64,000 nucleotides of DNA from assembly GCA_048885865.1 (NCBI GenBank), contig JBHLLF010000018.1, positions 1 to 64,000 of the forward strand. The letters are read 5' to 3'. Of the stretch, positions 58,920 through 64,000 are shown one piece after another. Position numbers and translations under genes: made by a program. The notes under the pieces were generated by a model. That model did not search any database. It was not told the DNA's origin and saw only the letters and a program-made list of their open reading frames with translations. This stretch comes from Candidatus Hermodarchaeota archaeon. Lineage in GTDB: Archaea; Asgardarchaeota; Thorarchaeia; Thorarchaeales; Thorarchaeaceae. The number at the start of each line of letters is the position of its first letter. Within the stretch, counting starts at the first letter, position 1.

Positions 58920-59753
58920 ATGACGGGTATCAACCAGAGATTTGACAGGATCAAAAGGCTCTTTGAAGGAAAGAGGGTACTGGTCGCCTTCAGCGGGGGT
59001 GTAGACAGCTCAGTTCTTGCTCACATCTCACATGAGAGTGCCTTAGAAACTGTTCTTTTGACCGTGGACAGCATTACATTTCCCCGAACTGAACTGCAAG
59101 CGGCATTGGACGTCGCTGAGGAGCTAGGCATCAGGGTCGAAGTCATCGAAGTGGACGAGCTTGCCAATCAAGATTTGGTGAAAAACCCAGTTGACAGATG
59201 TTATCACTGCAAGAAGGAGCTTGCTTCTGTTTGGCTGAATACTGCAGAACAGTTGGGAATGGATATTGTCGTGGATGGAACTAATGCTAGTGACATGAAC
59301 GATCATCGTCCAGGTGCATTAGCTCTTGAGGAAGCAGGAGTCATCTCCCCTTTTAGAGAGTATGGCATTACCAAGGAGGACATTCGCAATTATGCTAGGA
59401 AGGCAGGCTTGTCCGTTGCAGAAAGACCTTCAATGGCCTGTCTTTCAAGTAGGTTTCCCTACGGCACTGAAATAACAGAGGACCGGGTGAGGCGTGTAGA
59501 CAAAGTAGAGCGGTACGTGAGGGAGATTTTTGAAATCGAGTGCGTACGTGCACGGTTCCATGGCGATGTGGTCCGCATAGAGGTCGGTCGAGAAGAGCGG
59601 GAGAAATTGTTTGATGTGGTCAAGCTGGACAGGATCTATGATCTAGCTAAGCAAGCGGGGTTCAAGTATGTCACATTCGATGTCGCAGGATACCGTACAG
59701 GGGCAATGAACGAGGTTCTTGAATCTCAAGCATCTGCACAGATTGATTCATGA
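58920..59753 (+). CDS. larE: ATP-dependent sulfur transferase LarE
   Basis: AFSGGVDS, NPVDRCYHCK, DGTNASD..RPG, ACLSSRFPYG, GYRTG.MN. Confidence 0.93.
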   Translation: MTGINQRFDRIKRLFEGKRVLVAFSGGVDSSVLAHISHESALETVLLTVDSITFPRTELQAALDVAEELGIRVEVIEVDELANQDLVKNPVDRCYHCKKELASVWLNTAEQLGMDIVVDGTNASDMNDHRPGALALEEAGVISPFREYGITKEDIRNYARKAGLSVAERPSMACLSSRFPYGTEITEDRVRRVDKVERYVREIFEIECVRARFHGDVVRIEVGREEREKLFDVVKLDRIYDLAKQAGFKYVTFDVAGYRTGAMNEVLESQASAQIDS

Positions 59754-59785
59754 CACTTTTGGCATTTCACACAGGTTTTTGAAGG

Positions 59786-59799
59786 CCGTCATATGACGG
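59786..59799. promoter_or_regulatory. Perfect palindrome CCGTCATATGACGG, candidate operator
   Basis: Just downstream of the TATA-like TTTTTGAA; matches the site at 35563. Confidence 0.55.
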
Positions 59800-59849
59800 T
59801 TGAAGAATCAAATAGCAATTAGATGTGAAGACGGTAGAGGTGTCATCAG

Positions 59850-60629
59850 ATGTCTACTCTTACAGAGAGTCTGAAAGAACTTGCGCTTGGTAGCGGATTT
59901 GCAGATGTAGGAATTACTACTCCTGAGAGAGTCAGTGATTTGTATTATGGATGGGTTGGTAGGATTCGAAAGATGAAGACACCTTCTGAGGAGCTAGAGT
60001 CCGCTAGATCTGTAATCATCATGACTCAGCAAATCTGGGATGACTCGTTCAGTTTATCCATATATCCGCAAGACTGGAAGGGGTACGGAATGCACTCAGA
60101 TAATGAACAATTCGAATCATACTATGTAGGCTATGAGGTCATGAGGAGGAAAGCTCAGCTCATCGTCGATTATCTGAAAGATAACGGATTTGAAGCGCTC
60201 ATTTCTTTTGAAATACCCTGTAAGACAACCGCGGTTCGGTGTGGGCTGGGTGCTCAAGGAAAGAACACTCTATTAGTGACTCCAAATCTCGGACCCAGAG
60301 TGATGTTGGTGTCTGTTCTCACATCCGCAGAGCTTGAGGTGGATGAGCCCTTTGAGGAAGATTTGTGTGGAGATTGTGAGAAATGCATTACAGCATGTCC
60401 AAGTAGCGCGATTGAACCATATAGGCTAACGATTCATAGGTGTATGACATATTCTGCTGAGAGTCCTTGTTCTCCGGATGTTCCTCCAGATGTGCGGAAA
60501 CTAGAGAAGAAGTTGGTTCGTCGACCAACAAAGAATAGCTTCATCGATTGTTCGATATGCATCAATGTCTGCCCAATCGGTAAGAAGCAAGGAACGCAAT
60601 ACTCTAAGGCGAAGACATCACAGACCTGA
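59850..60629 (+). CDS. QueG/reductive-dehalogenase-like 4Fe-4S protein
   Basis: AVRCGLG..GKN.L, GPRV, CGDCEKCITACP, CSICINVCP. Confidence 0.8.
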   Translation: MSTLTESLKELALGSGFADVGITTPERVSDLYYGWVGRIRKMKTPSEELESARSVIIMTQQIWDDSFSLSIYPQDWKGYGMHSDNEQFESYYVGYEVMRRKAQLIVDYLKDNGFEALISFEIPCKTTAVRCGLGAQGKNTLLVTPNLGPRVMLVSVLTSAELEVDEPFEEDLCGDCEKCITACPSSAIEPYRLTIHRCMTYSAESPCSPDVPPDVRKLEKKLVRRPTKNSFIDCSICINVCPIGKKQGTQYSKAKTSQT

Positions 60630-60635
60630 TGAGAG

Positions 60636-61352
60636 GTGACATCATTGAAAAGCGACATGATCAACCAGGCCTTCACAAATCTCTCTACACCACAAATAGC
60701 TGATGCCTGTATACGTCTAGATATTCCTCTGAGAATAGGCCCGCCTGGCATCAAGCTGATTGATAGTAGATTGCGCATTGCAGGTAGATCTCTTCCATGC
60801 CAACACTTTGGAAGTGTGGACATCTTCTTGGAAATCATGGAAGATGCAAATGAGGGGGATGTACTGGTAATAGACAATGGTGGCCGGGATGATGAGGGAT
60901 GCATTGGCGACCTCATCGCGCTTGAAGCGAAGGAACGCGGACTTGGGGGGATTGTCGTCTGGGGCACTCACCGAGACACCAAGGAGCTGGTGGAAATCGG
61001 GCTACCAATCATGAGCTATGGTACCTATCCCGCCGGACCCCAAAGAGTTGACCCACGAAGTGCTGAGGCACTTGAATTGGCTATATTTGGTGAGTTGACT
61101 GTGACCCGAGATGATGTAGTGTTTGGAGATAATGACGGCGTTCTCTTTGTATCACATGAGCATGTTTCAAGAGTATTAGAAGCTGCCAAGACCATATTGG
61201 AAAAAGAGCAGACTCAGTCTGCCGAGATTAGAGAGGGAAATAGTCTGAGTGAGCAATTACAGTTTGAGAGTTATCTTCACGCCAGAAGAAAAGACCCATC
61301 CCTCACCTTTAGACAACACCTCAGAAATATTGGAGGAGCAATCGAGGAGTAG
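60636..61352 (+). CDS. RraA/HMG aldolase family protein
   Basis: [25 protein letters not shown]. Confidence 0.88.
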   Translation: MTSLKSDMINQAFTNLSTPQIADACIRLDIPLRIGPPGIKLIDSRLRIAGRSLPCQHFGSVDIFLEIMEDANEGDVLVIDNGGRDDEGCIGDLIALEAKERGLGGIVVWGTHRDTKELVEIGLPIMSYGTYPAGPQRVDPRSAEALELAIFGELTVTRDDVVFGDNDGVLFVSHEHVSRVLEAAKTILEKEQTQSAEIREGNSLSEQLQFESYLHARRKDPSLTFRQHLRNIGGAIEE

Positions 61353-61473
61353 CAATAGTGCATACTGGCGTGATACCGAGGTGATACGCTGGAAATTACA
61401 AAACCCTCATTTACACAGCTGAAATATCACTATAAGCATCAGATTGGAAGGAAGATAACGCCACCATCCCTGA

Positions 61474-62604
61474 ATGGAGGGAGTCTGCATCCCATTTGAA
61501 CTACACCGCCGACAATTCAAAGTCTGCCTGATTGGAGATGGATTTGTCGGAAAGACGAGCATCCGTCGCTCATTCCTAGGTAGTGTGTTCAAGCGGAGTT
61601 ACATTGCGACATTGGGAGTGGATTTTGCGCAGAAGACCTTTGTCATGGGAAAAACTCCAATCTACCTGTTGATATGGGACATAGCTGGGCAACCCCTTTT
61701 TCAGGGCTTGCGTAGACGATATTATGAAGGATGCAGCGGCCTCCTTCTGACATATTCCGTAGTCAATAGAGAGTCATTCGACAATGCATCGAAATGGCTT
61801 GTCGAAGCACATGGATTCATGGGCAAACTTCCGCCTCTGATTATTATAGGCAACAAGATTGATCTTAGACCAAGTCACACAAATGAAGAAACCGTTTCAT
61901 ATGAAGAGGGCCAAGCATTCACCAAGAGATTTGGAGAGAAGATGAATACTCCATCCATCTTCATCGAAACATCAGCATTGACTGGTGAGAATATCGACCA
62001 GGCCTTCAAGTCGCTCACCGAGATGATGATTGACGAAGCAGATGGTAGACCCATAAGGAGTGAGCGTGTCCAACTCAGGGTTGATAGGCCTACGGCTATT
62101 GATGAAGGTGTGGGCGATACAACAATTATGACTTCTGAAACTGAAGCAGCTCAGCCTGTATCAGACACTAGTTCTGTAGGGTCTGCTGAGCCAAGTGAAA
62201 CAGGAGCTAGTGAACCGGCAAGTCCATTTGCAGGAAGAATGGAGGTTGCTGATTATGTATCATCGGTCCATGAACCTGTGACTGATGAAAGGCCAGTCAA
62301 GGAATCACCCACTGAGATTCTTAACTTGCGTGCCGAGCTGAAGAGAGCTGAATCGGAACTCTCGAATGTCACCTCAGACTTGGACACTGCCCTACTCAAT
62401 CTAAAGAACACGGTACATGTCAAGAGAATCATGTACGAGCATTTGAAACGGCAGCTTCGTGAAACCAGACAAGAGTGGTCAGATGCCTATGACGACTATG
62501 TAAGGACAAATCAGCGAAAGAAGGCTGAGCTAGATAAGAGGAATAAGGAAATCGCGGAGCTTCGAGAACGTATCAGAAAGGCTGAGGAATCTAGGCCCCA
62601 ATAA
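61474..62604 (+). CDS. Rab-like small GTPase with a C-terminal low-complexity linker and coiled coil
   Basis: GDGFVGKTS, TLGVDF, WDIAGQ, GNKID, ETSA; heptad-rich C-terminus. Confidence 0.9.
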   Translation: MEGVCIPFELHRRQFKVCLIGDGFVGKTSIRRSFLGSVFKRSYIATLGVDFAQKTFVMGKTPIYLLIWDIAGQPLFQGLRRRYYEGCSGLLLTYSVVNRESFDNASKWLVEAHGFMGKLPPLIIIGNKIDLRPSHTNEETVSYEEGQAFTKRFGEKMNTPSIFIETSALTGENIDQAFKSLTEMMIDEADGRPIRSERVQLRVDRPTAIDEGVGDTTIMTSETEAAQPVSDTSSVGSAEPSETGASEPASPFAGRMEVADYVSSVHEPVTDERPVKESPTEILNLRAELKRAESELSNVTSDLDTALLNLKNTVHVKRIMYEHLKRQLRETRQEWSDAYDDYVRTNQRKKAELDKRNKEIAELRERIRKAEESRPQ

Positions 62605-62648
62605 CTGCATTTTCACGACATATCGTAGAGCTTATCAGTATATTAACA

Positions 62649-63206
62649 ATGGTTAATTCTATGAGAGCTAAATGCGACACGAATGCCTTCATCGCATTGT
62701 CAGGCCCACACCCGACGTATTTAGTCACGGCAAATGATCCAAGAGATAATAGTAAGGCCGCCATTGCTGTTGCATGGGCCACTCCTCTCTCAGTTCGACC
62801 CCCTTTATTCGGGATAGTGGTTTCTCCAAACAAGTCCAGCTACAATATAGTCAAGGAAGCTGGGGTTTTCACTGTCAATATAATGCCCCTTAATGCTCTA
62901 AGTGAGCTGTGGTGGGCAGGCACCCATACAGGCCGACAGTATGAAGACAAGATAACAGAGGCCGGTTTGACTCCAGTACCTGGGAAAACAGACAAGAATG
63001 CGACCTCAGTGGAAGAGGCTATCGCCTCCTTTGAGTGCAAAGTGAAGAACATGGTTCCTATTGGAAATCACACACTCATTGTGGGCCAGGTCGTTTCTGC
63101 CGATGCTATGGAGAAGTTCTTTGACACTAAGAAGGGTGCGTGGAATCCTGAGACTGCACGCTTGATCTATCATCTTGCGAACGAGGCATTCTTGACCAAT
63201 TGTTAG
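62649..63206 (+). CDS. Flavin reductase family protein
   Basis: W..PLS..PP, FTVN, FECKV, GNHTLIVGQV. Confidence 0.88.
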   Translation: MVNSMRAKCDTNAFIALSGPHPTYLVTANDPRDNSKAAIAVAWATPLSVRPPLFGIVVSPNKSSYNIVKEAGVFTVNIMPLNALSELWWAGTHTGRQYEDKITEAGLTPVPGKTDKNATSVEEAIASFECKVKNMVPIGNHTLIVGQVVSADAMEKFFDTKKGAWNPETARLIYHLANEAFLTNC

Positions 63207-63271
63207 AAAGAGTGATGCCGCAGAAGCAAGCCTGCAAAATCTGGCATACACAAAGGTAGCTAGAAATCCAT

Positions 63272-63592
63272 TTGGCCCAAGAGGCAAACGTTTTAGCTCA
63301 TCTATGGAAAGTTGTATATTGTAATGATGTGTTAACTATAATGAAGACCATGAAGGTTATGTCGAAACGAACAAAGCTGGACAGAGCTGAAATCATCCGA
63401 AGAGCGAAGGCTGAGTTCGATGGGAGATTTGGACTTATTGCAAGGAATTCTGATGCAACATGTTGCATGGAGTTTACCAGCGATTTGGGCTACGTCACAA
63501 TCGAGGTGATTGAGCATGACCATGAGAATGAGGTAATCCTGAAAACCCGGGAGTGGGAATACCAAGTGCAACAATTCATCCAAAGGCTATGA
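63272..63592 (+). CDS. Small hypothetical protein
   Basis: C-terminal GYVTI...TREWEYQVQQF; the true start is probably a downstream Met. Confidence 0.65.
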   Translation: MAQEANVLAHLWKVVYCNDVLTIMKTMKVMSKRTKLDRAEIIRRAKAEFDGRFGLIARNSDATCCMEFTSDLGYVTIEVIEHDHENEVILKTREWEYQVQQFIQRL

Positions 63593-63628
63593 TGATTCTA
63601 AGAAAATCAATCGAGGAGAGGTAAGGAA

Positions 63629-64000
63629 ATGACAGAGAAACTGAAGATGTCAACAACTATTTCCGCAAAGCCAATGGAAATCTATGAGTCATGGCTTGAT
63701 AGCAAGAAGCACAGCGACATGACTGGGAGTGAGGCAAAGGTCGAACCTAGGATTAACGGGAAGTTCACAGCATGGGACGGCTACATTGTGGGTAAGACGA
63801 TAGAGATGGAACAAGGAAAGAGAATTGTTCAGAAATGGCGTACAACTGATTTTCCATCTGGCAGCCCTGATTCTACTGTCGAGATCATTCTTGTAGAAGT
63901 TGAGAAGGGTACGAAAATCATCTTAATGCACACAGAGATTCCAGAGGGTCAGAAAGAAGACTATAAGCAGGGTTGGAAGGACTTCTATTTTGGTCCCATG
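63629..64000 (+). CDS. SRPBCC/AHSA1-domain protein (runs off the window end)
   Basis: Manually translated: IYESWLDSKKHSDMTG..FTAWDGYI..IVQKWRTTDF..GWKDFYFGPM. Confidence 0.88.
   Translation, partial: MTEKLKMSTTISAKPMEIYESWLDSKKHSDMTGSEAKVEPRINGKFTAWDGYIVGKTIEMEQGKRIVQKWRTTDFPSGSPDSTVEIILVEVEKGTKIILMHTEIPEGQKEDYKQGWKDFYFGPM

Noticed and set aside
1-64000. CRISPR array, cas genes, tRNA genes, intact IS or integrase
   Set aside because: No regularly spaced direct repeats, cloverleaf with T-loop, or transposase motifs were seen by eye.
1103-64000. Selenocysteine or other stop-codon read-through
   Set aside because: The recognisable redox proteins appear full length with Cys at the expected positions; no in-frame TGA splitting a known domain was noticed.

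Overview
Archaeal chromosome segment, most likely from an Asgard archaeon and probably Thorarchaeia. This is inferred from the archaeal-type 23S rRNA, TATA promoters with GGAGG ribosome-binding sites, a Rab-like GTPase, a WD40 protein and tandem Lrp-like regulators. The window opens in the 5' end of a 23S rRNA gene (minus strand) with no 16S gene upstream. About 65 housekeeping and accessory genes follow: bacterial-type RNase PH, three orphan DNA methyltransferases, MIG and Nth glycosylases, serS, superoxide reductase, transketolase, an acyl-CoA synthetase, larB/larE, and a tungstate-uptake plus Mo/W-pterin biosynthesis cluster. No CRISPR array, tRNA or intact mobile element was seen. The best candidates for undescribed biology are: (1) a threonine-synthase homologue whose PLP Schiff-base Lys is Ile, fused to a PadR wHTH and divergent from an HmpT/PdxU-like ECF S-component across a perfect 14-bp palindrome, possibly a vitamin-B6 or metabolite-sensing regulator; (2) a ThiI lacking its THUMP domain, coupled to a small Cys protein at the head of the tungsten-cofactor cluster; (3) an unannotated operon of three related basic micro-peptides; (4) a TnpB-like protein without RuvC; (5) a pseudoknot with HDV-ribozyme-like topology in the rRNA leader region; (6) a stand-alone TFB C-terminal repeat. 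All family calls are from motif recognition by eye, with no database search.
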